A DNA stretch of 63,054 nucleotides, counting the filler, from Octopus bimaculoides (taxonomy: Eukaryota): the NCBI RefSeq assembly GCF_001194135.2. It is 7 parts of 7 records of this genome, joined end to end, with 100 filler letters (N's around TTAATTAATTAA, not from the genome) between each part and the next. Parts side by side here need not be neighbours in the genome. Positions count along the whole stretch, not along the records: positions 24,797 to 43,674 come from NC_068992.1; positions 43,775 to 54,915 come from NC_069008.1; 5 more parts are not named here. One strand, written 5' to 3'. The translations under genes were made by a program, and so were the position numbers. Within the stretch, counting starts at the first letter, position 1, and each line of letters begins with the position of its first letter. Shown here one piece after another: positions 38,991-51,608 of this stretch. The notes beneath the pieces are model-generated. The model saw only the letters and a list, made by a program, of their open reading frames with translations. It did not search any database and was not told the origin of the DNA.

Positions 38991-40075
38991 CAACGTACCA
39001 CACAACCTGATTTTCATTTCATGGAGCTCGGATCAACTCAATACTACCTCAGTCCTGTGATGTCTTAGCTGGCTGAAACTTCAAAGTTACTGTCAATACT
39101 ATTTTTGTGACAGAATAACATACATACATACATACATACATACATACATACATACATACATACATACATACATAGGTACTGAGAAGTAGAAGAATTTTGA
39201 AGACTTGAAAAAATAACCAGAGAAACATGTAATATACAATGAAAAAAAAATACTGTGGACTCAAAAGAATGATCAGAAGAGGGAAACTAAAGATGGGATG
39301 GGTTGAAGAGTTGAAGACTGATCCCTGGATTGAAATGACAATAACTGCAATGATTGGTTAACCCTTTACTGGGAAGATCCATCCCACCTCTACAAGCATC
39401 ATGAACTGAGATTTGGAATGGTTAATAGTAATGGAAGCTTGGATATATAATATACCTTGTTTGGATTTGTCATCCATTGTTTATATATGTATATATATAT
39501 ATAGCAATAAGAAAATGGAGGAGAGTATGAGGTACTCATCAACTTGCAGACACTGTATTCCATTGATTAATCTGTTTATTTTATAACCAAAATGACAAAA
39601 AAGACAATATACAGACACTTATGACATACCATATCATATCAACAATTAAGATTTCAAATTTAAAGGACATTTAGCAATTGGAGAAGGGACAAAATTTTAC
39701 AGCTGTTTCAGCCCAGCGTTGGCATGCCCTATTCTATCTCTATAGCTCCAATACACTGGAGTAATTATTAGATGAAAATGATGTAATGGGGTTACATGCA
39801 TGATTCGCTAGGCCTCTTCAGAGATTTACAAAATTCAATACATGAATTTTGCCAAATTTTAATACAAATATAACATAAGAATTAAAATTAAAATAAAAAA
39901 TAAAAATATAAAAATATACAGCACATATACATGCATGCAAGCACACATGCCTGCATGCATGCACACACGCACGCACGCACGCGCGTGCACACACACACAC
40001 ACACACATACACACACTCACACAGTGACTCGGATATGAGTGTGTGCATGAATGTTTGTATGTATATATATATATT

Positions 40076-40159
<84 letters not shown>

Positions 40160-41669
40160 CAATACACACATTCTTTGGAGAGGTTAATGTTAGCATATAC
40201 ACATTCTTTGTTCATTTGTAATGATATATCTAATGACAAATAAAAACAAACTATATCTTGATACATTTAACCAATTCCATTTGAATCAAAATTAAATATA
40301 CAATAAAACGTCTGTAAAGAATCAGCCACATCAAAATTTGTTATTTAAAGCCACTGCCATTTCTAATTGCGATATTTTCTTTTATTATAACTTTACTTTG
40401 TCCTGCCATTCTATAGACTATTTATTCCAATAATAAGAGTTATATTGAAAACTAATCAATTGAAATTTAGTGACTGGACAAAATTGAGCAGATGTCTTCA
40501 TCAATATAATTTGATTGTCAATTATGAAGATATAGTTGATAGTTCCACTAGAAATATGCACATATATTCAATTTCTTAGAAGAATTCTTAAAGAGAATTT
40601 AGAAAAAGATATCTCATCCACCCACCCTTCTGTTTTCATTTAGATATTATGAAAACAAAATTTTATTAGGACGACTAATTCCATAACCAATGTTCTATGC
40701 TTATGACCAAACAAATTAGTTCTATAGAATTGAAGTCAGATAGAATTAGTTTGATACTTGCACGAATCAATATGAAGTAACCTTTCTCAAAGGTCAAATG
40801 TTAAAGGTTACAATCTGGAGATGGACAAATTCTTAAGAATCTCTAACCTAAATATTGCTTCAGTCATTCCCTATTAAAGTCCAATTGAATTTTTGAATTT
40901 CTCAGAGTAGCAACCAGCACCAGTAAATGGTAAAAGAGAAAGGGATTCCATTTTTTTGTGTGTGTTAGAAAGTAATTTTTTTTTTTCTTTGTGCATGTCC
41001 CAGAGTTTGTGTTTAACTCTTGGAATCGGAAGGATGGAAAATAAGATTAAAGTGTGACAATTATAGTTAAAATGGAATTTGAAGACTTTAGAATTTTACA
41101 AGAATCCACGAAGATAAGTTGATTCCACAGAAAAATTGAGACCGAAATAAAAATGTGTATATAATATTGGCTGGTTTGCTGTAAGTGTCCTGGTTTCAAA
41201 GTGGTACCACCATGTTCCTGAGTGTTACAAGAGATACTAAAAGGTTGGCAATAGAAATGGTGTCATATTGTAAAAACATTGCCGAAGAAAACATTGCCAT
41301 TGGATCCTTATCAGTATGGAAGTGCAAATGTAAAACAATGATGATGATGATGTTGATGATGATGATGATGATGATGACAATAATTGTGTTGATGATGTTG
41401 ATGATGGTTATGCTCTTGATGATGATGATGACGATGACGATGACGACGATAGGTCAACATTGCCTCTCATCCTTTTGGGGTCGTTAAAATAAGCACCAAT
41501 CGAGCACTGGGGGGTCAATGTAATTGACTTATCTCCTTTCCTGAAAATGCTGGCCTTGTACCAACATCTGAAACCAATATTGTTTCATTTCTTGCAACTA
41601 TTACTGCACAAACATATGACCACTTTTCTCTGATGCTTGGAAACAAAAGTCTTGGGAAAAAGATTTACG

Positions 41670-43105
41670 TCATCATCATCATCATTTAGCATCATCATCT
41701 ATTTTTCATGCTGGCACAAGTTAGACAGTTTGACTGGAACTGGCAGGCTGTCTGTTTTGACTTGGTTTCTATGGCTGGACACCCTTCCTTGCACCAACAA
41801 CAGTACAGAGTGTACAGGTGCTATTTATGTGTCACCAGCATGGGTGACTCTCACATACCACTGGCATGGGAGCCAATTAATGTATCACTGGCACAGGTGC
41901 CAATTGTGTGTCTCCAGTACGGGTGCCTTTTACATGTCACCAGCATAGGTGCCTTTAAAGTGTCACTGGTACTGGCCACAACTATGATTGTGAAATCATA
42001 GCTTGATATGTCTTCTCAAAAACAGCAAATCACCACATTTAAAGATTGGCACATCTTTACACAGCCATCATTCATACACATCACACAGTCATATGAGCAT
42101 GGTCTTCTCTCTTGCACACTACATCTGATGCCTCTTTTTCTCTCAAGATGCCAATTTTTCTCTCAAGACACTTACACTCTGTCATACATGCACACTGACA
42201 TTGCACATCCAGTGGAGCATACTAGCTTCATTTCTTTCAAGCCTTCACATGTACTCTGCAGACACAGCCCATGTTTCACTGCTATATAGCATGGCTGTCC
42301 ACACACGCAGGTATCACACAATCTGCTTTTCAGTCTGAGAAAGAGGTCCTGTGTTATCAACAAAGGTAGCAGCTTTGCCCAGCCCATTCTTTGCCCAGCC
42401 CATTCTTTGCCCAGCCCATTCTTTGCCCAGCCCATTCTTTGCCCAGCCCATTCTTTGCCCAGCCCATTCTTTGCCCAGCCCATTCTTTGCCNNNNNNNNN
42501 NNNNNNNNNNNNNNNNNNNNNNNNNNNNNNNNNNNNNNNNNNNNNNNNNNNNNNNNNNNNNNNNNNNNNNNNNNNNNNNNNNNNNNNNNNNNNNNNNNNN
42601 NNNNNNNNNNNNNNNNNNNNNNNNNNNNNNNNNNNNNNNNNNNNNNNNNNNNNNNNNNNNNNNNNNNNNNNNNNNNNNNNNNNNNNNNNNNNNNNNNNNN
42701 NNNNNNNNNNNNNNNNNNNNNNNNNNNNNNNNNNNNNNNNNNNNNNNNNNNNNNNNNNNNNNNNNNNNNNNNNNNNNNNNNNNNNNNNNNNNNNNNNNNN
42801 NNNNNNNNNNNNNNNNNNNNNNNNNNNNNNNNNNNNNNNNNNNNNNNNNNNNNNNNNNNNNNNNNNNNNNNNNNNNNNNNNNNNNNNNNNNNNNNNNNNN
42901 NNNNNNNNNNNNNNNNNNNNNNNNNNNNNNNNNNNNNNNNNNNNNNNNNNNNNNNNNTTTGCCCAGCCCATTCTTTGCCCAGCCCATTCTTTGCCCAGCC
43001 CATTCTTTGCCCAGCCCATTCTTTGCCCAGCCCATTCTTTGCCCAGCCTGCTCTTACTCTAGCAGTTGTCTCAGCTCGTTCTTATTCTAGCAGTTGTCTC
43101 AGAAA
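41670..43105 (-). mobile_element. RTE-clade LINE 3' fragment containing a 16-bp VNTR
   Basis: ETTARVRAGWAK-[array]-LLPLLITQDLSLRLKSRLCDTCV..AMLYSSETWAVSAE..RLERNEASMLHWMCNVSVH..QSVSVLREKLGI, followed by the typical 3' tail ending in (GAT)n at about 41670-41700. Confidence 0.85.
42373..43048. repeat. Perfect 16-bp minisatellite (CTTTGCCCAGCCCATT)n spanning a gap
   Basis: About 7.4 copies left and 5.7 copies right of a 466-N gap, all identical apart from the terminal unit. Up to about 42 copies if the gap estimate is right. Confidence 0.9.
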
Positions 43106-43437
43106 ATGCAATCAAATAGAAAAAGAAAGAATGTAAACAAAAGAAAAGGAAAAGAAAAAGCAAAGTGAAGAAAATTGTAAAGCAAAAGAACAGATAAAAG
43201 TTAATAAGTGAAGAGACTGTATGCATTATATAAGATGTTGTCAAATGGCGAGAATATAGAAGAAGGTTGTTGGAAAATGTGCAGCTCAAATAACAACAGA
43301 TCAACAAGTGTGGCATAGTAAACTAGTGGAAGTGTTTTACTAGACTGCCATTGTAGGTAACTGATTGTATACAGTACATAATGCTGTGTTTGTGTGTGCA
43401 TGTACATGTGTGTATGTGTGTGTGTGGGAGTATGCAC

Positions 43438-43474
<37 letters not shown>

Positions 43475-43774
43475 GTAAGTGAGTAAGTGGGTGAGTGAAA
43501 GAGAGGATTGAAAAACAGCAACAAAATTTCTAAAATTATATTCAACTCACAAAAAGTGTACAATACAAAAAATCAGAAACACGTTTGTGTTATGTATACA
43601 TGTATGTATGTATGTATATGCATACATACATACATACACACACACATACACACACATATATACATATATATATANNNNNNNNNNNNNNNNNNNNNNNNNN
43701 NNNNNNNNNNNNNNNNNNTTAATTAATTAANNNNNNNNNNNNNNNNNNNNNNNNNNNNNNNNNNNNNNNNNNNN

Positions 43775-43811
<37 letters not shown>

Positions 43812-44719
43812 TACACATGCATATATACACATGCATATACATATATACACACATACAAATACAAACACAAATACATATCTGCATGTATACACACACATAC
43901 ACATACATAAACATATCTATACATATACACATGCACAAATAGATAGATGCATGTATATACATACATATATACACACACACATGGAGTAATTCTTTTCTGC
44001 AGGAGAGATTTTTTTTTGAAGAGTGTAGAATCTGGTGTGTATAATGCGTATATATATGTGGATGAATGTGTTTACATGTTAAATATGTGTATGTGGCCCA
44101 TTAAGAGTGCGTGTGCATGCATGTGTGTGTGTGTGCATGTGTGCATATGCAAGTGTTGGTGTATATTTCTACATGCGTTTATGTGCGTGTGTGTGTGTGT
44201 GTGCATGTGTTGTGTGTGTGTGTTCGCATCAAGACAATAACTCCACTGTTAAAGGAGATCCCCACCACCCCCACCTTAGGAGGGTCAGGTGTAGGGGGCT
44301 GAGATACACAGAGGGTGGCGTGCAATACTGGCAGGGTGTGGTGTCGGGATTTTCATTGCTCAATACACACGTCCACCCACTCAATGCATCAGCTCTCACC
44401 ACCACCACCAGTACTATCACAACAAGAGAGGCCGTGCATAGTCACTAAGGCTGCTAGAAATAACAGCCAAACCTCCCTCAAATTATAACTTATTCTTACA
44501 CTACAGACATACAGTCACACATGCGTATATATACATGTTGCTTTTATGCAAAAGTGTTGTAAGTCCAAAATGTTGCTTTTTCAGAAAACGAAAAAAAAAT
44601 AGTGTCACCATTCCATAGCAAAACCTTTGTACTACACTTTGACATTCTTTGATACCTTGGCATCTGAAGCAGCTAGAGTTAAGATAGTTTGACCTAAAGA
44701 ACCAGCTATTGCAAGCAAA

Positions 44720-45280
44720 AATAAATATACATACATATACATACATATACACACACATATGCATACATATACACACATATATACATACATATACACACAT
44801 ATATGCATATACATACATATATATATATATACACACATATATATACATATATACACACATATATACATATATACACACATATATACATATATATATTTAC
44901 ATATATACACATTCATACACAAACGTGTACACATATATATGCATACATATACACACACATATGCATACATATACACACATATATACATACATATACACAC
45001 ATATATACATACATATACACACATATATACATACATATACACACATATATGCATACATATATATATATATATATACACACATAAATATACACACATATAT
45101 ATATATATATATACACACATAAATATACACACATATATATACATATATACACACACATATACATATTTACATATATACACATTCATACACAAACGTGTAC
45201 ACACATATATGCATACATATACACACATATATGCATACATATACACACACATGCATACATACATATATACATACACATAG
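44720..45280. repeat. Complex (CATA/TA/CA) microsatellite with an internal duplication of about 270 bp
   Basis: The marker acattcatacacaaacgtgtacac occurs at about 44908 and about 45179. Confidence 0.85.
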
Positions 45281-47014
45281 AGCTGTGTTAATGCACAAGA
45301 AATATGATGAGAGTACTCAATACATGCACCTGCCAGGTGGGTATGGGTGTAGGGGAGGTCTTTTCAATGGGAAATTGTCGAATTGGAATTTGGTTCAAAG
45401 TCTTGGGTGAAGATTTAGATTTATGAGACGTTCTTTGTGCCGTCAGAGGATGAATTTCGTACTGGGGAACCTCTTGAAAGACGGCTTTGTGAGAGGATTG
45501 GGCATGCGACATCGAGGAACAGAGCCTCTGTTTATTATGTTGAGCAAATAGGATCTTTTGTACCATTTAAGTGTGTGTGTGTGTGAGAGAGACAAAGCCT
45601 GTATGTGTGTGTGTGCTCTGTCTGTGTGTTCAAGACAGAGAAAGTGTGTATTTGAGAGAGAGAGAGAGAGAGAAAAGAGAAAGTGTATTTGTGAAACGGT
45701 TCTGTTTGTGTGTGAGTGAAAGAACCACACAGTGTGAGAGAGAGAGAGTGAATATATTGTCTGAGAAAGAGAGGGGGGATGAATGAATGTGAGTTTGTGT
45801 GTGTGGGTGGGAGGGAGAGAGAGATAGAGAGAGAAAGAGAGAGAGAGATAGAGAGAGAAAGAGAGAGAGAGAAAGAGAGNNNNNNNNNNNNNNNNNNNNN
45901 NNNNNNNNNNNNNNNNNNNNNNNNNNNNNNNNNNNNNNNNNNNNNNNNNNNNNNNNNNNNNNNNNNNNNNNNNNNNNNNNNNNNNNNNNNNNNNNNNNNN
46001 NNNNNNNNNNNNNNNNNNNNNNNNNNNNNNNNNNNNNNNNNNNNNNNNNNNNNNNNNNNNNNNNNNNNNNNNNNNNNNNNNNNNNNNNNNNNNNNNNNNN
46101 NNNNNNNNNNNNNNNNNNNNNNNNNNNNNNNNNNNNNNNNNNNNNNNNNNNNNNNNNNNNNNNNNNNNNNNNNNNNNNNNNNNNNNNNNNNNNNNNNNNN
46201 NNNNNNNNNNNNNNNNNNNNNNNNNNNNNNNNNNNNNNNNNNNNNNNNNNNNNNNNNNNNNNNNNNNNNNNNNNNNNNNNNNNNNNNNNNNNNNNNNNNN
46301 NNNNNNNNNNNNNNNNNNNNNNNNNNNNNNNNNNNNNNNNNNNNNNNNNNNNNNNNNNNNNNNNNNNNNNNNNNNNNNNNNNNNNNNNNNNNNNNNNNNN
46401 NNNNNNNNNNNNNNNNNNNNNNNNNNNNNNNNNNNNNNNNNNNNNNNNNNNAGGCAAGAATTATTAAAGTTGCTTTTTTTTTCCCTGTTCATTATTGGAG
46501 TTGTTAGGATTGCCGGGGGGGGAGGTTCAAAAACATTTTGTTAATCCCAACTTTATATGTGCATGTGTTTGTATATGTGTGTGTGTGTGTATAAACAAAC
46601 AACACAACATATACTGAATGTCAAAACAAATGGGAGACAGACAGAAAGTCCGTAATTCTTCATCAGTCCTCGACCAATGCTACTTTTCAGTTTCACACCT
46701 TTCACGATAAGACTGAACACTTCCCAATTGACCACAAAAACGAAAATGTTTTCTCGTGTAGAATTAAAGACAAAAGCAAAGCAAACAAAACAAGCAAAAC
46801 AACACAGATTGTGATTTAGGACGGTGGACGAGGACAAACAATCAAACAAAATATGGCCCTGGGGTCAAGAAGATGAGAATAGTGGCTAACACTTAATATA
46901 TATATATATATCTTCATATATACACACACACATTCATATATTCACAAAATGTACACACAATGTTGGCAAACTGCCAAACTATAAACTTTTTATACACCTC
47001 TGTCTGCATACATA

Positions 47015-47061
<47 letters not shown>

Positions 47062-47197
47062 TAAAAAGGAAATAAAGAGCTCATTATGCTAATCCAATGA
47101 CAAAGATGTAAGCTTCCTTGCACACACACACACACACAAATATACTCGTACCTATACATACAGACAGTCAGACATACTTAGGCATCTGTTTATACAT

Positions 47198-47236
<39 letters not shown>

Positions 47237-47955
47237 AGTCATCACACGTTCCTCTATTCCTATACTGTAGTCAACACAACATCTACCACCACACACACAT
47301 GTATGCTACTACTACAACCAACACCACAACTAGATAAATACCATTACGGCACCAACCATTCATAAGGAATGATCTTAACAGAGTTGCAGACACACAAGAG
47401 CCATTATCTTCGAGTCACCACCACCACTACCACCACTACAACCTTCACCACTACCAATGCATCATTACCACCACCACCACCACCAAATGACAAACAAGTA
47501 AAAGAATAAAAGAATATATATATGTATATATGTTAGAGAGAGAGAGAGAGAAAGGGAGGGAGGGAGGTGGTTCAAGGGAGATTTGGCTGCTATTTCTAGC
47601 AAGTCCCATCACCATCTAGATGTCTCCTTAGTGAGCTCTGGTGGTGTTGAGATAGTGATGAGGATGAGATTGGTAGCAGCACAAATGGAGCTAGTAGTAG
47701 TAGTAGTAGTAGTAGCATTACAGATGACTCTTTTGTCACTGGTATGTAGTAGTAGTAGTAGTAGGAGGAGGAGGAGGAGGAATAGAGGGGTGTGCGGATG
47801 GTGGTGGAGTATTAAATAGTGAATGAATTGTTCTTTAGAACCATTCAGGAAGTTGAGTGGTGCCACACCAAGAGGCCCCAGGGTAGGGAGCTTTTCTATA
47901 GGCGTTTGTCTGTCTGTCTGTCGCTAGTTCCTTGTTTCAAACAGCTGTTGTTGTT

Positions 47956-48194
47956 GTTTAGCCACGGGTCAGTCCTGGTCCAACAAACCATGTGCGTTTT
48001 GGCCAGGAACATCCCAACGTTTATTCAGACATAATGTACCTAGGATTACATTATTTAATGTGTCCTTCCCTTCCTTGTTTAATCTCAGGTCGGTCTTGAT
48101 CCAGCAAATCTTATGATCAAAAGCGTTCTAGCCATGACCACCCCATCTTTTATTTAGATATAATACATGTAGGAATACATTATCTAATGTGCCC
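47956..48194 (+). repeat. Dimeric interspersed repeat, about 120-bp unit; inverted copy at about 54280-54518
   Basis: gtttagcc.c.ggtcag.cctg.tc...ccatgacca.ccc.tctttt...acattat.taatgt, occurring twice at each locus. Confidence 0.65.
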
Positions 48195-48871
48195 ACTTTA
48201 TATACACACACACGCACACACAGATATATACACACACACATACATATACACACACACACACATATATATACATACACACACACACACACGATGCATTCCA
48301 GAAGTTTTAAGACTTTTTAAGGAGAGGCAGCAAAAAACTTTCCTACACTATTGTCATTTTAGTATATCACCACTACGCATCCAATAAGCTGACCTCACAC
48401 ACACACACACGCACACGTGTGTGATGGTGGTCTTAGAGTTCCCAGCTCCCAAATGTGTTCCTAAGGATTTGGTCGAGCCAGGGCTATTGCAGAAGACACC
48501 CACAGAAGTACAAAAGGTGAATGTTACAACAATGACAGTGATGACAGCAAAACATGCTGGGTGAATAGAATTCAATGAAAGATGGAAGAATGTAGAGAAA
48601 TTTAGCCAAACAATTAAGTCATTATTGATGGTAATGATAGCTCAAATAAATAACGAGTCTGTCTGTAATGAAACGGTGCGCATATATGTATATAATATGT
48701 CTGAGTGTGAGCACAGACACACACACATATATATACATATATATGTATGTATATAGATACATACTTATACATACAAATACAAATATATATATACACACAT
48801 ACATATACATTAACAAAGAATGTGTATGTCTGTCTGTCATATATACATATACACATATACATCAAGTATAT

Positions 48872-48966
48872 CTCATTCCAGGGTGAAAAACTAGAGGTAG
48901 TCGATAGCTTCCGCTATCTGGGCGACCAAGTTAGTAGTGGGGGTGGGTGCGCTGAAAGTGTAGCTG
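48872..48966 (+). mobile_element. RTE LINE RT fragment (little decayed), running into a gap
   Basis: Open frame SFQGEKLEVVDSFRYLGDQVSSGGGCAESVA, the RTE RT-domain-7 YLG region. Confidence 0.85.
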
Positions 48967-49131
48967 NNNNNNNNNNNNNNNNNNNNNNNNNNNNNNNNNN
49001 NNNNNNNNNNNNNNNNNNNNNNNNNNNNNNNNNNNNNNNNNNNNNNNNNNNNNNNNNNNNNNNNNNNNNNNNNNNNNNNNNNNNATGTGTATGTCTGTCT
49101 GTCATATATACATATACACATATACATCAAG

Positions 49132-49167
<36 letters not shown>

Positions 49168-49940
49168 TATTTATTAAGAATATGTATGTGTGTCATATAT
49201 TCGTACTTATACATACAAATATATATAAAAAAATATACACACACATATACATTAACAAAGAATGTATGTCTGTGTCTTTCTCACATACACACACACACAT
49301 CTTTGTGACTGTATATAGATGTATACATTCACAAAGACCAATATATACCGAAATATATCGAGGGAGACACAGAATAAGTGTTGAAAGATAACCATGTTTG
49401 TCTTCCGACGGAAACAGACAGAGTTTGTATTCCTCTTTTCATCACACACACACACACACACCCACACACTTCCTATTGCTCTTGCCCCACCAACCCAGAC
49501 CCCCACCGTCCTCAATCCTTCTCCACCCACACATTCACTTGCACCTCGCTTATCACTATCCTCTTCGTTGTAAGTCTCCACAATGACTGCTCTGTAAGCA
49601 ACAGAGACAAACATCGTTATGTAGGCAGTACTTGTGTTTGTGTGTGTGTACATATGTGGATATATTGTTTTCTTTTATGTGTTTCAGTCATTAGACTGTG
49701 GTCATGCTGGAGCACCACCTTCAAGAATTTTTAATCAAAAAAACTGACCCCACTACTTATTTCTAAGGCCTGGTACTTATTTGTTGCTCTCTATTGCTGA
49801 GCTGCTAGGTTACCAAGTGTTCAATGAGTATAGAGTGATAAGAAAAGGAGATGACAAAGGAGTACGTCTCATAGCAGAAACAACTGTAAGCCAATGAAGC
49901 TCATAACAAAATCATTTGTTTGTCATCTCTTTTTCTTGTG

Positions 49941-49980
<40 letters not shown>

Positions 49981-50028
49981 CGTGTGTGTGTGTGTGGGGG
50001 GGGGCAAAAACGAGACTGGTCCACTCAC

Positions 50029-50092
50029 CTGAAATATCTTCTTTTCAATGCCTTTTATCTTGATGTATTCTTTGGGGAGGAATTCTTTAGGT
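50029..50092 (-). CDS. TLN: Talin FERM F2 exon: (E)PKEFLPKEYIKIKGIEKKIFQ
   Basis: gtcttccaccag|ACCTAAA...TTTCAG|gtgagt. 64 nt, phase 2 to 0, joining in frame with 51481-51608. Cf. human TLN1 LKDFLPKEYVKQKGERKIFQ. Confidence 0.95.
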
Positions 50093-50478
50093 CTGGTGGA
50101 AGACAACAACAACAACAACAATTACAAATATATCTACAACAACAACAACGTACATAAAAAAGACAAAACAGGCATTTACAAGCACAATGAAAAGCTGTGG
50201 CTCCAAGGTCAACTTTGCCTTTCATCCTTTTCGGGTTGATAAAATAAAGTACCAGTTGAGTACTGGGGCCAATGTAATCAAGCCCCAGTTCTCCCTAAAA
50301 AACAATCACTTTTCATCTCTTATATTGTATGCATATTTAATACATCAAACTGGCCAATGATTGGCAAAGCATACTGCCTAAAGGGAGATAATCAACAGTA
50401 TAATCCTCGAATGATTACTTCCCTTGCAGCCACTTAATCTTTTGTCTTTGTGTCATCTGTCATTGAACAAATATGATT

Positions 50479-50510
50479 GGTTAGGGTTAGGGTTAGGGTT
50501 AGGGTTAGGA
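50479..50510 (+). repeat. Interstitial (TTAGGG)n tract
   Basis: gg(ttaggg)4ttagga. Confidence 0.9.
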
Positions 50511-50529
50511 TCGACCACTCAAGACCAGC

Positions 50530-50770
50530 ATTACTCAAACTGAAGCGCAGCGAGCTGGCAGAATCGTTAGCACACCGGGCGGAATGCTTAGCGGTATTTT
50601 GTCTGCCGTTATGTTCTGAGTTCAAATTCTGCTGAGGTTGACTGTGCCTTTCATCCTTTCGGGGTCGATTATATAAGTACCAGTTACGCAGTACGGTCGA
50701 TGTAATCGACTTAATCCTTTTGTCTTTGTTTGTCTCCTCTATGTTTAGCTCCCTGTGGGCAATAAAGACA
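50530..50770 (+). mobile_element. tRNA-derived SINE (Meta-domain-like), same family as 10939-11190
   Basis: gcagcgagctggcagaatcgttagcac...gagttcaaattc...gcctttcatcctttcggggtcga. Confidence 0.85.
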
Positions 50771-51480
50771 TAAGTATTATTCTAACTGTGGTTGAATAAT
50801 TGTGATGGTAGTTCTGCATGAAACCATGGGTAGCATATTAACATAATCTATTTGAAGAATAATAAATATATACATAACATTATCATCACTTAACATCTAT
50901 ATGCTGGCATGGGCTGGTCAGTTTGACAAGAGTTGGCAAGTCAGAAGACTGCACCAGGCTCTACTGTCTGCTTTGGCATGGTTTCTATGACCGAATACCC
51001 TTCCTAATATAAAATCAATTTACAAAGTGTATCAGGTGCTTTTATTTTTGTGGCACCAGCAGCAGTGAGGTTGCCAAATAACTTGCAAGACAAAGACCTC
51101 TCAAATAGGAAGAGGAATAGTATTGAGTAATGATAAGTTTGAGTATAAATAGGGAGAGACAGTGAAAATGTGTTATGACATCTTGAGAAAGAGGAGTGTA
51201 AGTAGAAAGGTACAGAGGACTGGACAGGATGATTGAGTAGGGAATTCAAGAGAGTGCAGAAGGCGAGTGGGAGATAGAGGGGAGGTGAACACAAGTGTGT
51301 ATGAGGGAGGGAGTGGGATGATACAGCTGACCTGGTGAGTGGGACTGCAGGAGCTGGTGGTGGGGAAACAAAAACAGGGTGCATGAGGAGAGGTACTTAG
51401 ATTCACTGGGGTGGGAAGTGGCGTATGAATGACACAATCTCACACACAAACTCTGTCTGGAATAATAAAATGGTACTCAC

Positions 51481-51608
51481 TCTAAGAAACCAGGTTTGTG
51501 TTTACTTTCTACATAATTACCAAACTGGATCTGACATTGTAGGCCTGCAAACTGTAAGGCTTCTGTCTGTGTGACAGGGTGGGTTCCATCTATGATACCA
51601 TCTCGGCA
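51481..51608 (-). CDS. TLN: Talin FERM F2 exon: CRDGIIDGTHPVTQTEALQFAGLQCQIQFGNYVESKHKPGFL(E)
   Basis: atatttgtgtttcag|TGCCGA...TTAGA|gtgagt. 128 nt, phase 0 to 2. Cf. human TLN1 ARDDILNGSHPVSFDKACEFAGFQCQIQFGPHNEQKHKAGFLD. Confidence 0.95.

Noticed and set aside
40778-40810. Cluster of three AAAGGT[CT]A nuclear-receptor half-sites
   Set aside because: A motif match only, in AT-rich DNA with no linked promoter; expected by chance at this scale.
42373-43048. Regular repeat array as a CRISPR-like locus or repeat protein (MGWAKNGLGKEWAGQR)n
   Set aside because: The units are contiguous with no spacers, the DNA is eukaryotic, and the 16-aa periodicity is just three 16-bp units cycling through the frames.
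44560-44680. DAKV...YG..FFF as the talin exon following KKIFQ
   Set aside because: The motifs fall in different frames with a stop and the wrong spacing; there are no suitable splice sites.
46590-46820. About 75-codon plus-strand open frame without ATG (ECQNKWETDRKSVILHQ...)
   Set aside because: No recognisable homology, no convincing donor, and a low-complexity A-rich end.
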